DNA from: an uncultured Candidatus Saccharibacteria bacterium
GTDB taxonomy: Bacteria; Patescibacteriota; WWE3; UBA101185; UBA10185
Length of the DNA stretch: 64,000 nt
NCBI GenBank assembly: GCA_964643995.1
Contig: CAZXUJ010000001.1
Coordinates: forward strand, 209,492 to 273,491
Direction: 5' to 3'
Shown here: positions 40,400 through 48,911 of the stretch, piece by piece
Layout: every line of letters begins with the position of its first letter
How positions within the stretch are numbered: position 1 is the first letter of the stretch
Position numbers and translations under genes: made by a program
Notes under the pieces: generated by a model
What the model was told of the DNA's origin: nothing
What the model saw: only the letters and a program-made list of their open reading frames with translations
Databases searched by the model: none

Positions 40400-41797
40400 C
40401 TATGATACAACTTTTATATGCAATTCCTTAAGCAATGAAGCATCTACATCACCAGGGGCACTCATTACCGATGTACGCCCGGACGATGTCATTGGGAAAG
40501 CAACTGACTCCTTTAGGGACTCCTCACCGGCCAACACCATAATATGTCTGTCAAGACCCAAAGCAATACCTCCATGTGGAGGAGTTCCGAGCTTGAATGC
40601 TTCCAACATATGTCCCACACCGACTTCGATTTCCGCATCAGAGTAACCCATAATCTTAAAGGTGGCCTTCAATACATCGGGGTCATGTGCACGGATACTG
40701 CCACCACCCGCTTCATACCCGTTGCATACTAAGTCGTATTGAGTGGTCAATATTTGATCAACATTCTTACCTTGTAAATGCCATTCCATATGCTCTGGTA
40801 AGGGGTTACTGAAAGGATTATGTGTAAATGTCCACCCGCTTTTACCATCTTGTACTTCAGCCGCATCCGACTTATCAACCTGCTTAAAAAATGGAAAGTT
40901 GATTACCCAAGCAAATGCCAAAACACCGTTTTTCTTATCTTCCTCAGTACGCATATCAAATTTATCTGCACCATATGTCTTTAGGGCATCAGCATAGTCA
41001 ATAACTGGAAACTCTTCAAACTTCAACTTGCCACCAACTGCGTTTACAGCCTCCTTAACTATAGACTCAACAACATCCATAACTGACTGTCTATCCACGA
41101 AGCTCAACTCTAGGTCTACCTGAGTGTGCTCATAACCACGATCCGCACGCAGGTCTTCATCCCTAATGCATCGAGCAAATTGAAAATATCTTTCAATACC
41201 TGCAGTCATTAGAAGTTGCTTATATTGCTGGGGGCTTTGTGGAAGTGCATAAAATTTACCAGGATTGTGACGTGAAGGAACAATGAAGTCTCTGGATCCT
41301 TCTTTGGTAGACTTTGTTAACATCGGAGTTTCAACCTCTACAAAGTTCCTAGAATATAGTGCATCCCTTAATGCACGAGAATAATCAGAACGTAATTTCA
41401 TATTCTTGGTCATACGGCTTCGACGCAAATCCAAGTATCTGTATCTGAGACGAGTTTCTTCGTTTATTTCACGACCATCAGTATCTATAGGTATAGGAAG
41501 TTCAGAACACTTGTTAAGTACTGTATAACTTTCAACCTCAATCTCGATTGTTCCAGTCTCAATATCATGGTTGATCTGCCTCTCTGGGCGCAACTTAACT
41601 GTGCCAACTAGGTCAATTACCCATTCTGTGCCTAATTCACCTAGTTTACCCACTGAAACACATTGAACTTTACCAGAACGATCACGAATATCGATAAATG
41701 TTACTTTACCGTGATCACGTTTGGTGTCAACCCAACCTTGCAACCTTACTTGCTCTCCAACTTTACTTAACGTTTCAGAAACATACATTCTTTCCAT
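40400..41797 (-). CDS. aspS: Aspartate-tRNA ligase, bacterial type lacking the GAD insertion
   Basis: RDHG, RLRYRYLDLR, ALPQSPQQYKQ, RDEDLRADR, PPHGGIALGLDR. Start 41797, because the ORF-track extension runs into the terminator. Confidence 0.95.
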   Translation of the reverse strand: MERMYVSETLSKVGEQVRLQGWVDTKRDHGKVTFIDIRDRSGKVQCVSVGKLGELGTEWVIDLVGTVKLRPERQINHDIETGTIEIEVESYTVLNKCSELPIPIDTDGREINEETRLRYRYLDLRRSRMTKNMKLRSDYSRALRDALYSRNFVEVETPMLTKSTKEGSRDFIVPSRHNPGKFYALPQSPQQYKQLLMTAGIERYFQFARCIRDEDLRADRGYEHTQVDLELSFVDRQSVMDVVESIVKEAVNAVGGKLKFEEFPVIDYADALKTYGADKFDMRTEEDKKNGVLAFAWVINFPFFKQVDKSDAAEVQDGKSGWTFTHNPFSNPLPEHMEWHLQGKNVDQILTTQYDLVCNGYEAGGGSIRAHDPDVLKATFKIMGYSDAEIEVGVGHMLEAFKLGTPPHGGIALGLDRHIMVLAGEESLKESVAFPMTSSGRTSVMSAPGDVDASLLKELHIKVVS

Positions 41798-41827
41798 ATT
41801 TTCTTTCTGAACTTTCACTACCATAAG

Positions 41828-41860
41828 AAAAAAAAAGCTCTTGGTTTTATCCAAGAGGCT
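41828..41860 (-). terminator. Intrinsic terminator (attenuator) of the aspS leader
   Basis: CUCUUGG-AUAAAA-CCAAGAG-C followed by U9. Confidence 0.9.
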
Positions 41861-41995
41861 CAATACTTAGGTATTGAAGGTTCCAGCCTTCTAATTACTT
41901 AATTTACAGCTATGACGGGCATTCCCGATCGAGCATTTCCTCTCGACAGCTCCAGAGTGTCACCTAAGAAAAAAATCCTAGCCTCTTTCACAGCT
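41828..41995 (-). promoter_or_regulatory. T-box riboswitch (transcriptional), Asp specifier
   Basis: K-turn Stem I with GAC-A specifier (41961-41959); Stem II; IIA/B; antiterminator AGGC-UGGAACC-U-UCAAUAC/GUAUUGA-GCCU overlapping the terminator. Confidence 0.85.
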
Positions 41996-42013
41996 TTTTT
42001 TGTACTACTAGTG

Positions 42014-42042
42014 AGCTTAACAAAAATATTTCCTAGTTGCAA
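42014..42042 (-). promoter_or_regulatory. Promoter for the T-box/aspS leader
   Basis: TTGCAA-17 bp-TAAGCT with a TG extension, at the recJ stop. Confidence 0.6.
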
Positions 42043-43694
42043 ATAACTAAATCGTCAACGAGTAAATCAACACTTTTACGACCATTGAAATTATTCTCTT
42101 TTACCTTGAAAACAACATCGACTTTATCCCCAACTCGCAGTTGCTGAACTACAGTATGGTCAAAACTATTAAAAAAAATAGCTTTATGAAATTCTGAACC
42201 GTCGTAAAGTTTGAAACTATAATGTTGCCCTTTCGCACCCATTTTTGTTATTGCTGACAAACCCAACGACCTTGTTAAAAATCTCGGTTCAGGGTTAGAA
42301 ATTCCAAAAGGCTTAAGACGAGCTAAAGACTCAATGAAATCCAGATTAATTACACTGGCTGGAAGTTCCAAATCAATTTCTAGAACTGGTTGTAACAAAT
42401 CCTCTGGAATGTTTTTGTCAAAATATGCAACCAGCAAATCCTGAAGCTTACTGATGTTCTTAGTTTCAATTGAAAACCCTGCCGCCATGGGATGTCCGCC
42501 CAATTTAAGAAATTCATTCTCGAAAAGCCGTAGGATCGAGATAATGTCTATACCCGACACAGATCGTACAGACCCTTTAGCTGTAGCCCCCTCTATACTG
42601 ATGACTATCGAGGGAACATGGTACTTTTTAACCAACCTAGAAGCTACCAGCCCAATCAACCCTTCATGATATTGCTCACTTGATGAAACAATAATTTTAG
42701 GCAATTTTTCTAGAGCAAAATCAGAGGCGATCTCATACATGTCAAGAGTTTTACTCTGCCTATCTACATTGGTATCGTTTAGTAGGCGCGCATAGTTTTT
42801 AACATCATCGTCGTTATCCGAAATAAGCAATTTCAATGAATCGTCCGCCTCAGTTAGCCTACCTGTTGCATTTAGCCTGGGGCCGATGACCCAACCTAAC
42901 TCGTAAGTAGTAATTTCAATGCTCTTTGAACCACTGTTATCTAGCAGATAACGTATACCCTTCGGAGGATCAGAGTTTAAAATTTGCAATGCCTGCTTAA
43001 CCAGAGATCTGTTAATGCCGAGTAATGGTTGGACATCGGTCACTGTTGCTACACCTGCTAAAGCTATATTGTGTCTATCCTTAGAACCCAGGGCTATGCT
43101 AAGCAACCATGCAATCGTAGAACCAACAATAGAATCATTCCAAACCAAAATTGAGGAAGACGGTGTCTCCAAACTCTTTTGATGGTGGTCTGTTAATATG
43201 ACATCATAACCCAAGTCTCGAAGGTATTTTATCTCATTTACCGCTGTTATACCTGTATCAACTGTTATCACTAGCAACCGCGCAGTTGATGTACCTGAAG
43301 CTTCGATATTTTCCAGAGTTTGCACGAGAGCCGCCTCAGATAGACCATAGCCATGGGTAAATCTGTTTGGTATGCAAAAGAACACTTTATTATGACTTAA
43401 TTCGTGTCTCAAGGTGTTATACAATATTGCCGTGGCGCATACACCATCGGCATCGTAGTCACCATATATCAAAATTGGCAAACCTTGCTTTATATAGTCA
43501 TTTACAAGATCACGAGCTTGTTTTAGAGCTAGTTTAAAATCTGACGGAAGTTTAGGTAGAAGATTGCTGAGTGGAGGAGGGTTAAGAAATTTTTCTTGCT
43601 CTAGAGTATCAACAATCTGACGATTTTCAAGCAACAATGTAATGACATCTTTGTCACCAATATATTGGTTTAAAACCTTCCATTTGAGGGACAT
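42033..43694 (-). CDS. recJ: Single-stranded-DNA exonuclease RecJ
   Basis: GDYDADG, DHH, GPRLNATGRL, GGHPMAAG, PFG..NPEP. Confidence 0.95.
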   Translation of the reverse strand: MSLKWKVLNQYIGDKDVITLLLENRQIVDTLEQEKFLNPPPLSNLLPKLPSDFKLALKQARDLVNDYIKQGLPILIYGDYDADGVCATAILYNTLRHELSHNKVFFCIPNRFTHGYGLSEAALVQTLENIEASGTSTARLLVITVDTGITAVNEIKYLRDLGYDVILTDHHQKSLETPSSSILVWNDSIVGSTIAWLLSIALGSKDRHNIALAGVATVTDVQPLLGINRSLVKQALQILNSDPPKGIRYLLDNSGSKSIEITTYELGWVIGPRLNATGRLTEADDSLKLLISDNDDDVKNYARLLNDTNVDRQSKTLDMYEIASDFALEKLPKIIVSSSEQYHEGLIGLVASRLVKKYHVPSIVISIEGATAKGSVRSVSGIDIISILRLFENEFLKLGGHPMAAGFSIETKNISKLQDLLVAYFDKNIPEDLLQPVLEIDLELPASVINLDFIESLARLKPFGISNPEPRFLTRSLGLSAITKMGAKGQHYSFKLYDGSEFHKAIFFNSFDHTVVQQLRVGDKVDVVFKVKENNFNGRKSVDLLVDDLVICN

Positions 43695-43698
43695 ACTT

Positions 43699-44592
43699 TT
43701 ATCTTTTTGATTCCCAAAGAATTAGCACTGGAGATGCAATAAAAATCGAAGAATAAGTCCCTACTACAATTCCGATTATAAAAGCCAAAACAAAAAACTT
43801 TATACTTGCGCCACCAAAAATAAACAAACTTACCAAAACAATTAAAACCGTAAAAGAGGTTGCCAAGGATCTTCGTAGGGTCTCATTAACTGAGATCGCA
43901 ACAATTTTCTCAAAACTTTTTCCTTTACCCTTTTTAATTAGATTTTCGCGGATACGGTCAAATACAACTATTGTGTCGTGAACTGAAAAACCTATTATTG
44001 TGAGCAAGGCTGTTACAAAAAGAAGATCTGTTTCCACTCCAAAGAATTTGCCTAGAAATGCAAAGATACCTACCACAATAAGCACGTCATGAAACATTGC
44101 AAAAATTGCACTTGCGCCAAACTTAAAACTACTATATGGCTGAGGGATATCCTTGAACGCAAAGGCTATGTAAAACAATACTGCGCCTAATGCCATAAAA
44201 AGTGCAACTAGAGATTTTTTAATTGCCTCAGAACCTATTACTGAGCCGACAGATTCAAAGGAATCAAGTGTAACCTCACCTGAGGCAACGGACGAATTTA
44301 TTGCCGTACTTGTTGTGCTATCAATCAAAGTTGTCTGGACTGTTATATAACCTTCAGCAATACTAGAACGTAAAACTGAAATGCCATTTTCTGAAAATTT
44401 TTTTAGGATGCTGTCCTTTAATGCGGAAATGTCCAATTCATTATTTTGAACCTTGTATCTAAAAATCGCACCACCAGTGAAATCGATGCCAAGGTTCAAG
44501 CCAAACAACAGAATAAACAATACAGCTGTAATGTTTAAAATGATGGATAAAGTCAGAAACTTATATTTGAATTTACTAACATCAAAACTCAT
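43699..44592 (-). CDS. secF: Protein translocase subunit SecF
   Basis: GIDFTGG, HDTIVVFDRIRE, GTYSSIFIA. Confidence 0.95.
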   Translation of the reverse strand: MSFDVSKFKYKFLTLSIILNITAVLFILLFGLNLGIDFTGGAIFRYKVQNNELDISALKDSILKKFSENGISVLRSSIAEGYITVQTTLIDSTTSTAINSSVASGEVTLDSFESVGSVIGSEAIKKSLVALFMALGAVLFYIAFAFKDIPQPYSSFKFGASAIFAMFHDVLIVVGIFAFLGKFFGVETDLLFVTALLTIIGFSVHDTIVVFDRIRENLIKKGKGKSFEKIVAISVNETLRRSLATSFTVLIVLVSLFIFGGASIKFFVLAFIIGIVVGTYSSIFIASPVLILWESKR

Positions 44593-46016
44593 CTCCTAAA
44601 CAACCTCCTAAAAATAAATGATCTAGCGGCGGTATCCGCATCCAACCTAGTAACTCTTATCATGGTTTCTACTACAAAAATAGCGGTAAATAGAGAAACA
44701 ATTATTCCAATAAACAAGGTCACTGCAAAACCTCGTATAGATCCGGTACCCAAATAAAATAAAATTGTAGCAGTGATCAAAGATGAAGCATTGGAGTCTC
44801 TTATCGAGCTCCATGCTCTCTCAAACCCCAGTTTTATTGCTAAACTCCTTGGGCGCCCTGCACGCAATTCTTCATTAGTACGCTCAAAGATCAAAATGTT
44901 AGCATCAACTGCCATACCAACAGATAACAAAAAGCCCGCAATACCTGGCAGGGTTAATACAACAGGTACTATTTTAAATATGGATAAAACAAGTAGAGCA
45001 TATAGAATCAAGGCAAAGTCCGCGATCAAACCCAATCTTCCATATAAGACAAACATAAATATCATAATGAGAACGAAACCAATCAGTCCTGCTTTGAAAC
45101 TCGCTTTAACTGAATCACTACCTAATGTGGCTCCCACTTTCTCTTGCTGTAAAACTTCAACAGAAACTGGTAAAGCCCCAGCACGTATTTGAAGCGTAAG
45201 GTTTGTTGCAGTTTCAACATCAAAACTTCCTGAAATTACTGGATCATCTACTACACCATTTGCAAATTCAGCACTTACAACTGGCATAGACAACGGGACA
45301 GGGGAATCATCTAGAAAGATTCCGATTGGCTTATCTACATTCTTTTTAGCAATTTCTGAAAACTTCTTGCGACCCTCACTAGAAAAGCGTAACTGAATTT
45401 GTGGGGCTGTTGAACCTTGATTAAAACCTGCACCAGCCTGGCTATAAACTAAATCTGCACCGCGCAAATCAGACCCCGTCAAGCCAGTGTCGGACCAAGA
45501 TTCTGGAGAAATATAATACTGTTCGAATTGTGTGCCATCCCAAGGGGAATCAGTACCTAGTTCTTTGAAGGTTATTTGGGCGGTACTACCCACTAAGTTT
45601 AGGGCAGAGTCCAAATCATCTACACCAGGGATTTCCAATATTATTCTGTGCTCGTCACCAACCTGGACAGGAACGATGTAAGGCTCAGCAACTCCAAGAT
45701 AATTTACTCTGCGATCAATTATTTCTCTTGCCGAGTCCAAGGCAGCGGCACGATCTGACTCAGGAATTTTAGACATGTCTGCCTTCAGCACGATTTTGAT
45801 ACCACCTTCTAAGTCCAGTCCCTTTTTATATTCGGTTAAATCTAAAACCACCTTATCACTCAAAAAACTAAGATAATAACCACCGACCTGAGTGTTAACA
45901 TGCAGGGGACCAATATTAAATTTTATCGGAACTTTAGGAAGTGCGATTAGAACAGAGATTACAAATAAACCAAGTATCAAACCTAATCTAAAGTAATCAT
46001 TTTTTAGCCAAGACAT
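44589..46016 (-). CDS. secD: Protein translocase subunit SecD
   Basis: GLDLEGG, GALP, GMAVDANILIFER; start at ATG 46016. Confidence 0.95.
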   Translation of the reverse strand: MSWLKNDYFRLGLILGLFVISVLIALPKVPIKFNIGPLHVNTQVGGYYLSFLSDKVVLDLTEYKKGLDLEGGIKIVLKADMSKIPESDRAAALDSAREIIDRRVNYLGVAEPYIVPVQVGDEHRIILEIPGVDDLDSALNLVGSTAQITFKELGTDSPWDGTQFEQYYISPESWSDTGLTGSDLRGADLVYSQAGAGFNQGSTAPQIQLRFSSEGRKKFSEIAKKNVDKPIGIFLDDSPVPLSMPVVSAEFANGVVDDPVISGSFDVETATNLTLQIRAGALPVSVEVLQQEKVGATLGSDSVKASFKAGLIGFVLIMIFMFVLYGRLGLIADFALILYALLVLSIFKIVPVVLTLPGIAGFLLSVGMAVDANILIFERTNEELRAGRPRSLAIKLGFERAWSSIRDSNASSLITATILFYLGTGSIRGFAVTLFIGIIVSLFTAIFVVETMIRVTRLDADTAARSFIFRRLFRR

Positions 46017-46033
46017 GGGTAGATTATAACGCA

Positions 46034-46615
46034 CTATTGCATTGCGCTAAACTCTTCCTCATCACCAATAAGCATTGTTCTTCCTTGAGCCATTACTTTG
46101 GAAACAAATTGGTCATTCCTTCGTTTTCTGAACATAAACTCCTCGCTGCCAAGAACAGAGTAATGTACTTCACGACCAAGCCTAGTCTCATGTTCCTTTA
46201 CTAACTTTTCCAATACATCCATATTTACATTTCCAACCATAAACAAATCAACATCAAGTACAGTGGATTCAATGTTTCTAGAAAATCTTCTAGAGAGAAT
46301 AGCAAAGTGCACATCACCCAAGTCCTTTTTACTTTTGATGATACTTGCCCCCAAGCCTTCTTCCTTCGCTACCAATGACAATAATTCTGCATAAAACATA
46401 TTCGTTGTGTCGACGGTGTAATACAATCTGTTGCTGCTTTGCCTCTTCTTAAGTAACCCTAAGTCATATAGTCTCTTCAATTCCCTGCGGACAGCATTGA
46501 TTTCGGTTCCAACTGACCTCACTAAAGCTCTAACATGCAAAGGCCTCTCAGGATGAGGAAGCATTATCTTCAAAATGTTTATACGTACTTCAGAAACAAA
46601 TAAATCTTTTAACAT
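46034..46615 (-). CDS. Winged-HTH protein with degenerate nucleotidyltransferase-like C-domain (CPR-conserved type)
   Basis: HVRALVR...INAVRREL..L HTH; DVDLFMVG. Confidence 0.65.
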   Translation of the reverse strand: MLKDLFVSEVRINILKIMLPHPERPLHVRALVRSVGTEINAVRRELKRLYDLGLLKKRQSSNRLYYTVDTTNMFYAELLSLVAKEEGLGASIIKSKKDLGDVHFAILSRRFSRNIESTVLDVDLFMVGNVNMDVLEKLVKEHETRLGREVHYSVLGSEEFMFRKRRNDQFVSKVMAQGRTMLIGDEEEFSAMQ

Positions 46616-46654
46616 ATTGGTTATCAAGAGGCAGATTGATATTAAATTTAAAAA

Positions 46655-47854
46655 CTAAAATACTACTAATTCTCTGTTACGCTCAGGAACAATACTTATC
46701 CAGATCTTACCACGATTAAACTCAAATTCATTACCATTCTGATCATAAAACATAGTTCGATCATCGCGCCCTGCTTTTGACCATGTCACATTTGTTACAC
46801 CACCATCCATAAACACCATACCTTCCCCACTGCCAATCAGTTCATAATCGAGTCTATTCTTTTCATCTCCGACAATTGAAGTTTCAGTTGCAAACTGAAC
46901 TACAAGAGTTTTCACCTTTATCTGCTCCTTAGTTTCTTGATCTAGGTGAGGGATGGGTTGGTCGTTTTCGTCATAACCAGTAGATCTAGAGTATTCGTTT
47001 TTTTCACTGTCGTAGTTCCAAATGGCTGAGAAGTCACCGGGATACCAAAAATCAACTACAATTGGCTTACAAGCCCCCACGTGACAAAGATCAGCCTGCA
47101 CCTCAATTTTCGTCTCGTCCTTAAACTTCCATGATTTAAGTTCTCTGTTACCTCCCCAACCTAAAGTATCAACACCATATTTATATAGTTCCTGAGGATT
47201 AGAATAGAGAGTATGTTCTGTTGCAACATCTCGGGGATTATCTCTCCAATTTATAAATGAAGCCCCACCCCTTTGTAAACTTCGTACGGGCCAATATTGA
47301 ATTGCCTCCAAAGCTTGTGGAGAATAACCCTCATGCATCAGCATTGCATCTCCCATCTCCTTAACTAATACAAGATAATACTCGCGGGTACTTCTGATAG
47401 GACCCACTTTTTCGGGTAAACGGGATAAATAAAACGGTAAAAATCTTGTAATACCACCCTCAGCAACGATCTCATACACTAAATCAGCATAAATTAAGCC
47501 GGATTGAGGTCTGGCATCCACATGGTTGTTTATCATTACACCAAAGGGCCGATTTCCAATCCAAGGTGAGGATTCTTCGGCAGTATATAAAACGCCGTTT
47601 ATAGGGTTCATCACAGTCTTCACAGGTCCGCTATCCGAATTAATGAATTTGGAAGCTACTGGACTGATTCTGCTCAAGTTATCTGGGCGCATGAGATAGG
47701 TATATGCGGCAAACACACCTGATATAACAAATAAAAACACTGCAACCGCAACTAAATCAACGGTCTTGTTTTTGTAAAATGGGATTTTTCGCAATTTCTG
47801 AAAACCTATTGGAGGTCTAATACTTTGATAGTTTGGCTGTATTTGCTCATCCAT
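46655..47854 (-). CDS. DUF3048 (YerB-like) membrane-anchored protein
   Basis: MINNHVDARPQSGL, EGGITRF, GPIRS.R. Confidence 0.85.
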   Translation of the reverse strand: MDEQIQPNYQSIRPPIGFQKLRKIPFYKNKTVDLVAVAVFLFVISGVFAAYTYLMRPDNLSRISPVASKFINSDSGPVKTVMNPINGVLYTAEESSPWIGNRPFGVMINNHVDARPQSGLIYADLVYEIVAEGGITRFLPFYLSRLPEKVGPIRSTREYYLVLVKEMGDAMLMHEGYSPQALEAIQYWPVRSLQRGGASFINWRDNPRDVATEHTLYSNPQELYKYGVDTLGWGGNRELKSWKFKDETKIEVQADLCHVGACKPIVVDFWYPGDFSAIWNYDSEKNEYSRSTGYDENDQPIPHLDQETKEQIKVKTLVVQFATETSIVGDEKNRLDYELIGSGEGMVFMDGGVTNVTWSKAGRDDRTMFYDQNGNEFEFNRGKIWISIVPERNRELVVF

Positions 47855-47907
47855 AATCTATTAAAAATTATAGTATTGAGTACATAATTTGTCTAGGCGG
47901 TAAGCGT

Positions 47908-48909
47908 TTACAGTTTGATCTGCGCTTCAATAAATTGCTCCAGATCTCCGTTTAGCACAGCCTCAGGATTGGTACTCTCAATATCTGTACGTAAATCCTT
48001 AACCAACTTGTATGGGTGAAGTACATAATTTCTTATCTGATTTCCCCATCCAGGGGTTTTATATACTCCTCTGAGTCTATTTTTCTCTTCCTCAAGCTTC
48101 TTTAGCTCGAGGGCATAGAGTTTAGCTTTGAGAATCCGCAAAGCCTTTTCCCTATTTTTTCCTTGTAGGCGCTCTTCTTGGCATTCAACAACTATCCCAG
48201 TGGGAATGTGTTTTATTCTTACTGCTGTAGAGACTTTGTTAACATTTTGGCCACCTGGACCACCGGATCTGTAAGCTTCAAACTCCACATCCTCATTCTT
48301 GAGATCAACTTCAATATTGTCTCCTATTAGAGGGATCACCTCTACAAGCGCAAACGACGTTTGTCTCAGATTGTCCGAGTTGAATGGGGAAAGACGTACC
48401 AATCGGTGAACACCTGACTCTTCACGCAAAAAACCATATGCATATAGTCCAAACAACTCAAAAGACACACTTTTTAGACCAGCAACATCACCAGGCATTT
48501 TATTAATTAAGCTCATTTTCCAACCCTTCTGCTCCGCATAACGTGTATACATTCTAAAAAGAATATCAACCCAATCCATAGCATCAGTACCACCTTGTCC
48601 AGCATGTATAGAAATAATCGCATCACCTTTATCATGAGGACCACTCAAGAATGTCTTAAACTCGAGTTTCCTGAATTCTTTTTCAAAGACTTCAATATCC
48701 CCATCTGCTAGTAACAACTCCAGAATTTCAAAATCTTCCAACTCTTTTTTAATATCTGACTGGGATTGAGAAAGTTTCTGACCTGCTTCCCAGTCTTTCC
48801 AAACATCTTCAGAATTTAGGCGACTCTGTATCTGTTCTAACTGCGAACGTTTATCATCAATTTGAAGGGTTATCTTTAAATTTTCGAGTTTGGCTTTTGC
48901 ATCATCCAT
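47908..48909 (-). CDS. prfB: Peptide chain release factor 2, no programmed frameshift
   Basis: SPF, GGQ and WGNQIRNYV in one continuous ORF. Confidence 0.95.
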   Translation of the reverse strand: MDDAKAKLENLKITLQIDDKRSQLEQIQSRLNSEDVWKDWEAGQKLSQSQSDIKKELEDFEILELLLADGDIEVFEKEFRKLEFKTFLSGPHDKGDAIISIHAGQGGTDAMDWVDILFRMYTRYAEQKGWKMSLINKMPGDVAGLKSVSFELFGLYAYGFLREESGVHRLVRLSPFNSDNLRQTSFALVEVIPLIGDNIEVDLKNEDVEFEAYRSGGPGGQNVNKVSTAVRIKHIPTGIVVECQEERLQGKNREKALRILKAKLYALELKKLEEEKNRLRGVYKTPGWGNQIRNYVLHPYKLVKDLRTDIESTNPEAVLNGDLEQFIEAQIKL

Positions 48910-48911
48910 AC

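Noticed and set aside
41798-41863. N-terminal extension of AspRS given by the ORF track
   Set aside because: It translates the T-box terminator and U-tract; the ATG at 41797 fits the family start.
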